A stretch of 64,000 nucleotides of DNA from Octopus sinensis (taxonomy: Eukaryota). A program made the position numbers and the translations under genes. Location of the stretch: positions 44,020,001-44,084,000 of the forward strand of contig NC_043008.1 in NCBI RefSeq assembly GCF_006345805.1. The letters are read 5' to 3'. Position 1 is the first letter of the stretch. Every line of letters begins with the position of its first letter. The notes under the pieces were generated by a model. The model worked only from the letters and a program-made list of their open reading frames with translations, was not told where the DNA came from and ran no database searches. Shown piece by piece: positions 41,497 through 55,017 of this stretch.

Positions 41497-42065
41497 TACA
41501 CGTACGCACATTTACACACAAGAAGGATTATTCTACGGCAAACCTACACATTCATTAGTTCTTACAATCTTCTTATTTTTTTTAAGTTCCTTCATGTAGC
41601 TTATTATTTCTCTTTTGCAATTCCGTTTCAATTTACAGTTGAGAATATATTCTGCTCCTATTAACACTTCTCCAATGTGCTTGTAGCTATATTTCACTGG
41701 TTGTTCCTATTTACGTTACAGTTCAGAGTTAATAATATTTTCTTTAAACTCAATTTGTTTTTCATCTTCAACACTGAAATATATTTCGCCTCGCAATTGA
41801 AAACTTCGTTACATTAAATAATTTCTTGCTTGATATCATCATTATAATTTTAAATACCGTTGCCTTATCAAGACCTAACTATGTTTTGTTTATCCGCTTT
41901 TTATTGGCGTTCTTGTCTTCTTTATTTATTGTTTATGCCATTCTACGCTTTGTAACAGTTGTCGTTTTATTTTTGCTACTTGTTGTCGCTTCGAGGATGT
42001 TCATACTAACGATTTAATTGACGAACGGTAAATATTAAAAGAACAGTACTTAATACTCACACGCA

Positions 42066-42096
<31 letters not shown>

Positions 42097-42119
42097 GCAG
42101 ATAGATACAGACACACACA

Positions 42120-42290
42120 TATAGTTCAAATTTATAAAAAAAACAAAAGACGAAGATAGGTGTATGAACAACAAGCGAGTGTATTAGCTTGACGCTCGGG
42201 AAAAATGGATAAGTCGTTTACGTTTCGAGTCTGCGATCTTCAGTAGAAATGAATAAGAGGAAATAGATAGAGAGAATGACATCTGGGCCA
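42120..42290 (-). mobile_element. Decayed HHR-bearing repeat (family of 2355 and 7100)
   Basis: Minus: tttctactgaagatcgcagactcgaaacgtaaac...cccgagcgtcaagctaatacac...cacctatcttcgtcttttg. Confidence 0.55.
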
Positions 42291-43188
42291 AAAATCTTGT
42301 AAAATATTTTAGCTGTTATCGTATTTATTGAAAGCTTTTTGTAATCCTGACTTGTTTTACCTTTGGAATACAATGAACAACTTTTTGACTATATTCCACG
42401 TGACCTGTATAGTTGTGATCGCTATGGTTTTTATTATCTCATTCAGTCATACTTAATTTGACGTTACTCCAGTCCACTCACCTGGAAAAAATGAGTTGTG
42501 CCTATATTTCAAAGGGCCAGCCCTATGTCTCGCTGAGTCTCTCTGAGAACTACATTAAGAGTAAGCATGTCTGTGGAGTACTCAGCCACTTGCACGTTAA
42601 TTTCATGAGTATTATATTCCATTGATGAGATCAAATGGAACACGCATCGTCGTAGCCGACGGAGTGCCTGCTAACTTCTATAGACTAAATTAATTAAAGA
42701 ATCGTACTTACCAAATTAATTATCTTCGGATTAATTGCACAGAATATTAATATTTGCTTACGTTATGTGGTTTTAAATAATTAGCTCCCAAGAAGCATGA
42801 GTAATCGAACGAGTTAAAACCAGTGTTGCTGTTTGATTCCTTCATATATCTCATGGATCCGCCATCAGATTCGACGGTGAGCGTTCATGTGTCCTCCCAA
42901 CCGAACGCCTTCCTCATGATATTAACGTGTAAGCAGCCGAGTAATCTTTATATATGGGAACCATATAATTCTTAGATGGAGTCAATGTAGTCCAACATCT
43001 TCCAAAGTTGTATCATGAAATTACACTTGCAATCCATTTGAGAAGCTTTGTACATATTTTCTGTGTTTCCGTGACTGAAGTTGACCCGGAACATTCATAA
43101 AAATAATAATAATGGTGTTGCATGCCAAGTTGTGGGATTGGACCTGTTTTCATATAATTCAAAGCGAATGCTTTCCTGATTAGCTTCT

Positions 43189-43414
43189 TATTTCTTTATT
43201 GCCCACAAGGGGCTAAACATAGAGGGGACAAACAGAGACAGACAACGGATTAAGTCGATTACATCGATCCCAGTGCGTAACTGGTACTTAATTTATCGAC
43301 CCCGAAATGATGAAAGGCAAAGTCGACCTCGGTTCAGAACTCAGAACGTTACGGCAGACGAAATACAGCTAAGCATTTCGCCCAGCGTTCTAACGTTTCT
43401 ACCATCTCGCCACC
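43189..43414 (-). mobile_element. SINE family B monomer
   Basis: Reverse complement of head/body/tail-1 consensus. Confidence 0.88.
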
Positions 43415-44052
43415 TTATTCATGATGAGCTTGTATCAGTGTCTTTCGCGTCCACATATGTTGCAATGAGATAAAATCTCTTTTTTTTTTATAGACGCAGC
43501 TAACTCACAACACAATAAATCTAATATTGTTTAGTTGGTCTCGTATATTTGCCGAGACAGGAGTGTAATCTACAGAATCAACTCCAGTCTGTTTATTGCT
43601 GGAAAATGTTTTATTAGATATCATGGTTGTGCGGTAAAATGATTTCTGTTCAGCCCTTCGGCGTTGCATTTTGGGCAAGTGTCTTCTATTAAAGTGTGTG
43701 CGCGCCTTTACATTTTCTTTTTATCACTAAGAACCGGTGCTGGTTAGATTACGTTTCGGTAGCTTAAAGGTCCGGAAGAACAGGTTGCTAGAATAAGTAC
43801 AAGAGTACAAAAATTCATACTAGGGTCGAAATGAACCACTACACTCTTCAAGGCAGGGCCCCAGGATGACTGCATTTCCAGGATTAACATTTTTGCATTT
43901 GTATATTATATATATATGAGAGTGTGTAGACAAAATTAGTAGGACAAGAAATTAAATATATATTCATGTGCGTTCACATTCCAGCGAACGCGACCTTGAC
44001 ATTCATAACATAAACAGCAATCCGATAGGGAGAACGATAAATGATATCTGTG

Positions 44053-44440
44053 AGGCGGCGAGCTGGCAGAAACGTTAGCACGCCGAGCGAAATGCGTAGC
44101 GGTATTTCGTCTCCCGTTACGTTCTGAGTTCAAATACCGCCGAGGTCGACTTTGCCTTTCATCCTTTCAGGGTCAATTAAATAAGTACTAGTTACGCACT
44201 GTGGTCGATATAATCGACTTAATCCGTTTGTCTTTCCTTGTTTGTACCCTCTGTGTTTAGCCCCTGGTGGGTAGTACAGAAATAGAAATAGGTATTTCGT
44301 CTGTCTTACGTTCTGAGTTCAAATTCCGCCGAGGTCGAATTTGCTTTTCATCCTTCCGGGGTCGATAAATTAAATACCAGTTGCTTACAGGTGTCGATCT
44401 AATCAACTGGCCCCTTCCCCCAAAATTTCAGGCCTTGTGT
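44053..44440 (+). mobile_element. SINE family B dimer (tail 1, then tail 2)
   Basis: GGTATTTC at 44101 and 44291; second unit ends ggccccttcccccaaaatttcaggccttgtg. Confidence 0.9.
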
Positions 44441-45786
44441 TTCCATAATATACTACTCATTGCTCTTTATTATTTCCATAGAAAATATATGGAGATATAA
44501 TAATACTGCTAACACAGTAGATCACAGTCTTGATATGTAAAAATATTTAATATATGTTGCATATATTTTGGTTGCATGATAAAATATGGTGAACCTGCAG
44601 ATCATTATTACAACTCAGCTGAAAATATGTGTTACCTGATTGTTTTTTCATCCCCTTTTCCGTCTAATTCTCGATCTTTTGCTGGGTCACGTGTGGAACG
44701 TTTCATAAGGTTCCTACAATTGTTCGCGAAAGGATAAGCACCTATATATTTTTAGTGACAGCATTCTCCACGCTACCAGATCATATTTGCTTGCGAGTGA
44801 CGGCTAAACTTCTACACACACACACAAAACACACACACAACACAAACACACACAAAACACACACAAACGCGCGAACGCACACACACATATGCATGGCCCA
44901 AAATCTTGTAATATTTCCAATACATTAGATATTTAATACTTGGTTTAAGCATTAGCATGGCAAATCTGTGTCTTGCGTTATGAGACCTTAATTATTAAGT
45001 CTATATCTTATTCCTTTTAATCTTAGCTTCAACATCAGATAATTAATGACAACTAAACCATAATTTTCAAGACGCTATTGTTGTTAAACGCATCGCAATA
45101 ATTGCTGCTCGGTTTCTGATCAATATCACGTATTTCTCATTAGCAATTAAGAAATGTCTATAAAATTAGTTTTAATACATAAACGTTTTCTGATACGGAA
45201 GAAATATATGACAATTAGAATTTCTCGTTGTATCTGGTTCAAAACGTTCTGATAATAGTTGAAAAATCATGTTTGTCAAGGATGCTACTCTCTCAAGGAT
45301 TCTCTTGCAGTTTGACAGGAAATTAATTATTATGGATTATAAAGTGTTTACTCGAAAACAATCTGGAATATTCACACACGGAATTGTATAAAGCTGGGTT
45401 GAGGGGAGCTGTAAGGAGAGAGAGGGGAATATATATGAATTACGAGGGATTTAAACGGTGAATATAATCATATCGTTTATTCTATTAAGACGGCCGATAT
45501 GCAGACCCCATAAATTGTTAGGTCACTTTGCGGTAATACACCCGAAACCCTGCACTCTGGGTTCAAATCGGCCGGGGTTAGCCTGTTCAGCATTTCACTA
45601 TGTTGCTGTGTGCTAAGAACTTCGTTTCTCGACTACATCGCTCCAGGTTCATTCTCACTCCTTAGCACCATCAGCAAGACGGGCAAGTATCTTCTACTAC
45701 AGCTCCGGGCCAACCTGGCCCTTATGAGTGGATTTGGGAAATTATTAGAAGGAAAACTGTAAGAAGCATATCATGAATATATATAT

Positions 45787-45845
<59 letters not shown>

Positions 45846-45849
45846 TCTA

Positions 45850-46700
45850 CAGGATAAAACTGTTTATAAATGCTAAAATAAAAGTAGTAGATAGATATAA
45901 TTTTAACGTAACATTTATTACAACAAAACATTTATCACTCAATATGGCCGCCCTTTTGGGCAATTACTGCTTCCAAGCGAGATCAATTTTTTGCAGCTGC
46001 TGCAACTATTGACACTCGAGTGTAGTGAAGCATTGGTCTTTGCTTGAAGTATGCCCCATAAATAGTAACCGAAAAGGTTGAGATTTGAGCTATTACTGGG
46101 ACAGATGTTGGCCGTTAAAAAATTGGCACTTTCCCACCAAGGAAAATCTGTGTTGCTTTTGACCAACGGCATGGTGCAGAATCCTTTATAAGCACCACAT
46201 AGTTAAGTACAAACTCCTGCTCCATCCCAGGGGACTGAGAGTTCATCAGTGTTTTTAGATCCACCTTTGTGCCGATCTTGAAGCCAGACGCAATGAAGTG
46301 TGGATCTACGAAAATTCCATCACTTGCCACGGCTCCAACTGCCATCACAGAGGCAGTGTTCTTAGTCTCAAACACAGTGGGATCATCAGAAGGGCTGTAT
46401 GTAATCACCGTAGAATTTCTGCGATTCGCCTCAGCGTCTACAGTGAACTCGTCCACAAACACGGGAGTTTTCATACACCATAATGCTTAATAAATGAGAG
46501 AAGCTTTGGGCTCTGATTTCTTTGGCCCTGGATGTTAGGAGATGTCGGCGCCGTTGAACAAAGCTAGTCATTCCAAGATTCCTGTTCACATCTCTGGACA
46601 CCATGGGAAAGGACCCATTGAGTTTCTTTTGGAAGAGTTGTTATGTATGTGGATTCATTCACTTTAATCCAGCGTTTGAGGCCGGTTTTTAAAAGAGTCA
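45850..46700 (-). pseudogene. Tc1/mariner transposase remnant, maT (DD37D)-like, frameshifted, with one TIR end
   Basis: FVDEFTVD, TKNTASVMAVGAVASDG, IKDSAP, CPSNSSNLNLFGYYLWG (cf. WPxxSPDLNPxDYxLWG), terminal EAVIAQKGGHIE* (stop 45935-45937); TA-CAGG end at ~45848-45853. Confidence 0.8.
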
Positions 46701-46725
46701 GTTTTTAAAAGTCTTTATATTATAT

Positions 46726-46774
<49 letters not shown>

Positions 46775-47110
46775 GTGTGTGTGTATGTGCGTGTACATGC
46801 GTGTGTGTGTGTGTGGGTGTATCTAAACTTCGGTTTTATTACTGAGAGTCTCAAAGAATATCCACATCTGATTCTTAGCTACTGCTGTTCCTTTCCCTCA
46901 CCCTGCTCCTCCTTACCCTCTTCCGTCACTCACTCTCTGTATTTCCTCTTCCCCATACTTCTCTTCCTGCTACTTCCTCTCTTTGCCTCTGTTTTACAAT
47001 CTCACGTTTCTTTGTATTTTTCTCTCCTTTTTCTGCTTCATTCCCTTTTCCCTCTATGTTTCCTTCTCTCTCGTTTATATCATTCAGTCCCCACTTCTCA
47101 CTGTTCGTCC

Positions 47111-47148
<38 letters not shown>

Positions 47149-48344
47149 ATCTGTCTCTCTGTCTCTCACTCTCTGTTTCTTTTTTCCTCCATCTTCGCAT
47201 CTGTTTGTCTTTCAGTCACTGTCACTTTGCTCTAACCTACTTAAAATGTTTGTTCATCGATCGATTTTCATGTTTGTATGTTTTTTTAGATACAAATGAG
47301 AATAATTGAACAACTACAAAACTTATAAACATTCAAATAATCTCGTTTAATGTGTAACATTTCCTTTGAAGTATCAATATAATGAAAAATAAAGGGAAAA
47401 ACAACTGATTACTGCATGAAAGTATGCGACTATAATATTTCATTGCATTTGAATTAACGACTAATTACTTTTTATAAAAAATAGGTGCCAAATGGTAATA
47501 TAATAACATTAGGGATTTCTCACTTATCATTTGGTGTACAATTAATGAAGTAGAATTAAGCAAATCTATTAATTGCGCTTCACCATTAATTTCACCATTT
47601 TAAACAAGATTTTGTATAAAGTACCTTAGAATGCTGCAGCTGGTGCGGCTGCTGTTGTTGGTAATTAGTGTAAGATCATCTCTGATGGAGAATATTTCTG
47701 GTGAGAGACAACCTGAACTGAATAATTACGTTACTTCTATGGCACTATTTTGTTTTCAAAGATGGTCAATTAGTACTTAAAGGCGATTGGATTGCTATTC
47801 CTACTGTCAAGGCTCCCTGATTTTGAGGCTGTAGGTTGTACTTTTTCTGTAGTCGCTGATAAACTTGTTCGAACTTTGTCAGTATCATTATTTATTCAGA
47901 TAGAGTACATCTAAAGTACGGACTAGAATCGTTAAAAAGAAATATGTACAGATATAAATTTGGTATCTGGTCAAATATACTTCTGAGGTATTCAAACTCG
48001 TAAGAAACCAATCACTGTGCTTTATCATGAAGGAAATCATCGCTGTAAACAAATATGTTTTGAACGCACAAAGCCAGTTTAAAGCACCCGTTCCCCCTGA
48101 CCGATGACTGCATGCGTTCTCTCTCCAAATTCCACTTATATCAACTTCAGAGTTCACCTTCACAATTTGCATCCCTTGTTATTCGGCCGCAGACCAACTG
48201 TGATTGATCAAGACTAGCTATGATCAAAGGCAAGATGTCCACCCTTCTTCCGCTAGTCTATCGTGTGAAGCGAAGCAAAGATCACATTTCCAATGTTCTT
48301 AATTGAAGACGGTAGCGTATAATTTTAGCGAGATTTATCTGTTA

Positions 48345-48725
48345 CTAGCAGTATCGCCCGGCGTTGCTCGGGTTTGTAAGGGAAATAACTATAAAGCATT
48401 TTTAGAGAGTTATAGCCAAAAAATAGCAATAAAATGGAAAAAAAAATGGTAAATTTTTTTGAGAGTTAAAAAGGTCGAGTTGCGTCCCCTAGACAGTCTG
48501 TGGTTTGTGTTTCTGATTCTCGACCCCATGTCGAATTTATCGATTTTTTTCAGAATTGGGGGAACTTTTCAAAATTTTCGCTGCGTTAGTTTTGAATTAT
48601 GACATTGGGCTATGTGTGTGTCAAGTTTCATCAGAATCGGTTGAAAGCCGTGGTCAGGGTGAGGGTACAACCTAACAGACACACAGAAACACACACAGAC
48701 AAACTGCCGTTTATATATAGAGAGA
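48345..48725 (-). mobile_element. Complete non-autonomous Helitron, 381 bp
   Basis: Minus: A|TC start at 48725, hairpin CCCGAGCAACGCCGGG (48357-48372), CTAG|T end at 48345; no TSD; internal (ACAG/AC) run. Confidence 0.85.
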
Positions 48726-49492
48726 TTTCTGTCATATGGAGCAGTCAGACTAGCAGAGATTCACTTACAAGCTCGTCGCTTTCCACAACGATTACATAGA
48801 TAATAGGCAAATGTTCAGCATTATATTCACCACCTGTTCCCACTTTTATGAAGTGCTTGTGTTGTGAAGATGCCAAAGTTCCAAACAGATATCTTCTGCA
48901 ATCTCGCTGTAGTCAAGTACGATCATTACTGTTCCACAAACGTTAAGGTGGTTGTTCTATTTTGAATTCTATAAGGCGAAAGATATATATTGTATGAATT
49001 CTTCTTCTCTTACGTTTGAAGAACTGAGAAGAACAAAGGCGGTGTTCAGGAACGTCAGCATTGTTTTGGTATCGCGCCGCGATTGACGGCGCTGTGCAAA
49101 CAATTGAGTCCACATGCTCGCCATTCTAAGCTTATCAATGCATTCAAGTGGTATGTATGTATATGCTTACATATACATAATCAAACGCACTCATACCCTT
49201 GTATACGTGCAAACAAAAACACACACATATACACATATACATGAATATACACACACACACGCACACACACACACACGCACACACACACACACGCACACAC
49301 ACACAACACACACGCACACACACACACACGCACACACACACACGCACACACACACACGCACGCACACACACACACACACACACGCACGCACACACACACA
49401 CAACACACACACACGCACACACACACACGCACACATACACACACGCACCATATACATAATCAAACGCGCTCATACCCTTATATACATGCAAA

Positions 49493-49701
49493 CTGGTAGA
49501 AACGTTAGCACGCCGGGCGAAATTCATCTGTCGTTACGTTCCGAGTTCAAATTCCGCCGAGGTCGACTTTGCCTTTCATCCTTTCGGGGTCGATAAATTA
49601 AGTACCAGTTACGCACTGGGGTCGATGTAGTCGACTTAATCCCTTTGTCTGTCCTTGTTTGTCCCCTCTGTGTTTAGCCCCTTGTGGGTAGTAAAGAAAT
49701 A
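49493..49701 (+). mobile_element. SINE family B monomer with 15-bp target-site duplication
   Basis: TATATACATGCAAAC at 49479-49493 and 49702-49716. Confidence 0.9.
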
Positions 49702-49937
49702 TATATACATGCAAACAAAAACACACACATATACACATACATGAATATATACACACACGTACACATACACGCACGCACACACACAAACACACACACACAA
49801 ACACACACACACAAACACACACACACAAACACACACACACAAACACACACATATATATTATATATACATGGAAATTGGTTTACAAAAAATGCTACCAACA
49901 AATTATAGTTCTTAAATCTGACCAAAAGAAGCAGATT

Positions 49938-50010
49938 GATGCGTTGGTATAATCGGTAGCAAACCTAGTCGCGTAAACAAAGAAGTGTGGGTTCGAGTCC
50001 CATGCGTACG
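49938..50010 (+). pseudogene. Decayed tRNA-like sequence (tRNA pseudogene or SINE head)
   Basis: A-box-like TGGTATAATCGG, T-arm GTGGG-TTCGAGT-CCCAT; acceptor and anticodon arms pair poorly. Confidence 0.35.
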
Positions 50011-50301
50011 GGAAAACATACTTTTTAAAGTTGTAGGCTTATACGCCACATTATTAGACTATTTTCTTTAGTCATTGTGCAGTGATCGCTATAAGACTTA
50101 AGCTTATAAAATGCTATTATTATTATTTATAAAATTGTAAAAATCGACGCTGCTTATTATTATTATTATTATTGTTAGCTGAAATAGAAGAGTGCCATTG
50201 TTATCAAGTGAACGATATTTCGACATCCCTTGTAACTTCTACAGGTTCAAAAAATATACTTGTCAATCTACTTCATTTTTGTTAATATATATAGGTGTGA
50301 G

Positions 50302-50359
<58 letters not shown>

Positions 50360-50726
50360 ATGCATATTATTTAAGCAGAGATTTCCCTTGATATACCTTT
50401 TATTAATTACTTTCAAATAATAATTTACATATTTTACCAAAAGTTCTACAAAACCTTTAACATCTCTTTTCTTTGCCCATACACCGCAGAAAAATATGAA
50501 CCTCGATTTCTTAACTCTACATTCTAGTTCGTATTTTGTAGTTGCAACAGTTAAATGGTTCTAAAAATGTACTCACAATGACAATAAATGCTCTCTCAAC
50601 AGCATTTAAATATCTCCTTTTTTTCGTTTGATATCCATTTACACTCTTTTCTATTATTTGAAGTGTTGGTATACATATATAGTGAGGTGTTCGTGTATAC
50701 GTGTGTATGTGTATCTACGGGTGTCC

Positions 50727-50830
<104 letters not shown>

Positions 50831-51075
50831 CACATATATATATATATACATATATATTTATACGTATATTACACACACACACACATGCACATACACACAT
50901 AAGCACACTCATACATACATAAATATTTCATACTAGAGCTTATAAAGTGACATTTTTATGCTTAATGTTATGAAAGTACCGATTATTATATTTTTATAAA
51001 GCCTGAAATTCATGTAGATAGGTGTGTTTATATATGTGTGTATATTAATTTTAAATGATACCATATATATATACA

Positions 51076-51146
<71 letters not shown>

Positions 51147-52014
51147 ATGTGTGTGCATATATATATATATATATACACACATATATATACAAGTATATAT
51201 GTATACACATACATATATGAGTTCATATATATATATATATTATATATATATATATATAGACATGTATGTGTATGTATGTGTAAATATGTACTTGTATGGT
51301 GTTTCTCTTTGATCATTTCATTTATCAGTGTTAAAAATATATTCCAATATGTCTTTTTGAATGCTTATAATAATTTTTTCCTAAATTTTATTTTCATAAC
51401 TATTATATATTTTTATCATTTCCATACGTTTTTTCTCTTCTCATTGAAATAATTTTTTTTCCTTTATTTTAATATAAAATATCTCATCTATAATTTTTAC
51501 ATTATTATCTATAATGTCTGACTTCCAATACATCTACATTGTATTTTTGCAAATATTCTCGTTTTCTTTTTTTTTTCTATCATCACGAATATTTATACCC
51601 ATTTGTGCTTCTGTTTATTTTCATATTCTCACGTTCGCTATTTCTTTACGTTATGTGTTTCTACCAACTAATTTTGGTGGGCTGTCTCTCCATAGGCATA
51701 TTACATATTTCGTCAAACATTTTTCACTATTTGTCTTCGAAACGTATTTATCTGCTGAAATTTGAATAGGTTTCTTTTTTCATAAATATCTCCGAATATA
51801 AAATTTTAGTTACCTCTATAATTTCCAGTGTATGTATTTTTTTTATATTCCACATTCTTGAAGTAGTTGATACTGTTTGAATCCAGGTGTATTTTCGAAA
51901 AATAGTAACCCTAGTTATCATCAATGTAGTCCTTACTTATCTACGCTAATTGTTCCTCCTTGATTAGTTTGCAAGTTCTTCTCAGGCTACAACTTACTTG
52001 GAATGAATTAAAAT

Positions 52015-52164
52015 ACAACCACATGGTTCCAGGTTTAGTCCTACCGCGTGGCACCTTGGGAAAGTGTTTTCTACTATAGCGTCGGGCCGACCAAAGCCTT
52101 GTGAGTAGGTTTGGTAGACGGAAACTGAAAGAAGACCGTCGTGTGTGCGTGTATATATATATAA

Positions 52165-52195
<31 letters not shown>

Positions 52196-52280
52196 CGTGT
52201 GTGTGCGTGTGTGCGTGTGTGTGAGTGTGTGTATGTATATATAGATATGTGTGCGTGTGTATATATACACATACACACAC

Positions 52281-52312
<32 letters not shown>

Positions 52313-52537
52313 GCGTGTGTATATGTATCTGCGTTTGGCCCCCTACCACTGCCTGACAACCGATGTTGATGTGTTTACGTCCCCATAAGCTAGCGGTTCG
52401 GCAAAATGGACCGACAGAATAAGAACTAGGCTTACAAAGAATAAGTCCTGGTGTCGTTTTCTTCGACTAAAACCCTTGAAGGCGGTGCTCCAGCATGGCA
52501 GCAGCTAGATGACTGAGACTAGTGAAAGAAGAAAAGA
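52015..52537 (+). mobile_element. SINE family A with expanded internal microsatellite
   Basis: Head 52015-52142, ~180-bp TG/TA tract, tail 52325-52537. Confidence 0.88.
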
Positions 52538-52544
52538 CTGGAAG

Positions 52545-52875
52545 ACTGCAAGCGCTTCCATTGCTTTGGTGTGGGTAAGGCGTCTTTGTTTCCTTGATTA
52601 AGACATCAGCGTGATTTGCCTCGATGCTATTTTCCACTTTGGACAAACATGTACCAGTTTATCGTAGTTATATTATCATTATACGCAAAACCTCAACCAT
52701 TCTTATATGGTTTCCGGTTTCCATCTGTCAGACAAAACATGTCTTCTTTACATTCTAAACCCTCGGTGCTTACTAGGAATTGATCACATAATTCTTTCTC
52801 TCTCCAGCCGTTGATTCTGCTGATCTTCTTTCGGTTCTTGAATTCTCTTGCTGTCTCAAGTACTTCTTTCACATT
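52545..52875 (-). pseudogene. Old, internally deleted R4/Dong-like fragment
   Basis: WREKELCDQFL (cf. WQEKPLHxxY) and SIEANHADVLIK (cf. IKANRPDIVV). Confidence 0.45.
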
Positions 52876-53069
52876 TTTTAAGGTAGAATATATTCTTTGA
52901 TTACTATGCTCAACAATTCTTCATAATGCGTAGCGCAGTTTTAATAATGCTCAGAAATCTGCTTAAGGGCAACATTTCTCATTAGAAATTCTTTTTTATC
53001 GCATCAGGAAATCATTTACCTTTGATAACAGACTATATATGTGATGCTAAATTTCTGTTTAAAAATACC

Positions 53070-53301
53070 TATTTCTTTACTACCCACAAGGGGCTAAACA
53101 CAGAGGGGACAAACAAGGACAGACAAACGGATTAAGTCGATTAAATCGACCCCAGTGCGTAACTGCTACTTATTTAATCAACCCCGAAAGGATGAAAGGC
53201 AAAGTCGACCTCGGCGGAATTTGAACTAAGGACTTAACGGCAGACGAAATACCGCTAAGCATTTCGACCGGCGCCCTAACGATTCTGCCAGCTCGCCACC
53301 C
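53070..53301 (-). mobile_element. SINE family B monomer with 16-bp target-site duplication
   Basis: TCTGTTTAAAAATACC at 53054-53069 and 53302-53317. Confidence 0.92.
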
Positions 53302-54047
53302 TCTGTTTAAAAATACCACTGTCTACTAGAAATCGAGCTGTAAAGACTAAAATTCAATCCTATTAAATTCAACATTTTCTCCAAAGAATCATTTTATTTC
53401 CTACTAAACACCGCCGCTATCTGACCTGTTGTTATTTAACCTAACATCAACGACAAGCGAGATGAAGAAACCCATTCCACTAGTCACACACTAGTCTTTT
53501 TAACGTAGGCCAGGAGTATATTTTCTTGCGCAATAGACTTTAGTTAGAAAGGAATTTGACTGCTATTTCTAGTTTGCCCAGCAATCACCATACAAAGTGT
53601 TCTTAATTCTGGAGCGCATTTATTTTTCCTTCATTAATTATTTAGTATCTCTTGAGTTAAGTTCTGATGTACGTCACTTCTATTTTTGAATTACTATGAA
53701 TCTTTCACAGAGGATACAACAGAAATACAAGGCTCTCTCTTTATGATATAGTTAACACAGACAAATTCTCATCTGGAACTTTAGAAAAGTCTTGCATATT
53801 TTTAACGTTGCACTCAGAAGATTGCACTTGTAATATACGAATTAGCTGGTCGATTTCTCTTTCTGAAGATCCCAGTTTTCTTGTGAAGCAGTTCTGTTTT
53901 CATTGGTGGTCACGTTCTTAGTTTTATCTGTAGTGGTTAGATTCAGCTATAATCGCGTTAGCGATATTTCACGTGGTGTGTATGTATGTATGCATGTATT
54001 TATGTATGTATGTATGTGCACATGTATGTATTTACGTATATACATGC

Positions 54048-54097
<50 letters not shown>

Positions 54098-54098
54098 G

Positions 54099-54130
<32 letters not shown>

Positions 54131-54131
54131 T

Positions 54132-54702
54132 GTCCGTGTGTATCATAAGTTGAAGACGGGAAGGATGGTTTCCTTTCGCAAATACTGACAGGGTACAGAA
54201 AGTGTGTCTATAGCCAGCTGGAGGAGTTGTCCTTTTGGGGCTACAAACTACAGTAGCATCCACGCTTAGGGGTTAGCCATATTCAAATGGTAAACATACG
54301 TCACGATGTGTTGCTGCTACTGTTTATAACTCGCTCTGAGATTTATCATTGTTTGATTTCACTTTTTCAATATCAGTGTCAATCAATACTGTAAAAAGTA
54401 TATGTATTTGTGAAGGGAACCAACTTCTCGTCGACAACTGTGATTGTCACACGCCGATGACGGGTCAATACCCTGAAACTCGAGTCCGTGTGTATCATAA
54501 GTTCAAGACAGGAAGGATGGCTTCCCTTCGCAAATACTGACAGAGCACAGAAACTGTGTCTATAGCCAGCTGGAGGAGGTGTCCTCCTGGGGCTACAAAC
54601 TACAGTAGCATTCACCCTTAGGGGTTAGCCATATTCAAATGGCAAATATACGTCACGATGTGTTGCTGCTACTGTTTATAACTCGCTCTGAGATTTATCA
54701 TT
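54132..54702 (+). mobile_element. Retrozyme-like 1.6-mer: 352-nt monomer + 216-nt partial repeat, flanked by (TA)n
   Basis: Direct repeats 54135-54350 and 54487-54702 (about 14 substitutions); both start immediately after GTC; an HHR spans the junction. Confidence 0.8.
54448..54492 (+). ncRNA. Type I hammerhead ribozyme (U4C core variant), GUC cleavage triplet
   Basis: CACACG / CCGATGA / C-GGG-TCAATA-CCC-T / GAAA / palindromic ACTCGAGT stem III / C (54486) / CGTGTG. Confidence 0.8.
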
Positions 54703-54706
54703 ATAT

Positions 54707-54771
<65 letters not shown>

Positions 54772-54900
54772 AATTTATAAAGAAGGGCAAAAGAAAAAAA
54801 ATCTTATGCTCTTGTTTATAAATTTAACCTTTAAAGGTATTTTTTAATATGCTGGCCATTGATAGAATTTCTTTCGAAAAATTTTATCCTATATTAGATG

Positions 54901-54931
<31 letters not shown>

Positions 54932-55017
54932 ATATATATAATATATATATATATATGTACATATATATATATGTATGTATATGTGTGTCTGTGTATGTAA
55001 ATATATATACATGTTTT

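Noticed and set aside
52786-52860. Apparent plus-strand exon with strong pyrimidine-CAG acceptor
   Set aside because: Better explained as the antisense of a decayed R4/Dong ORF.
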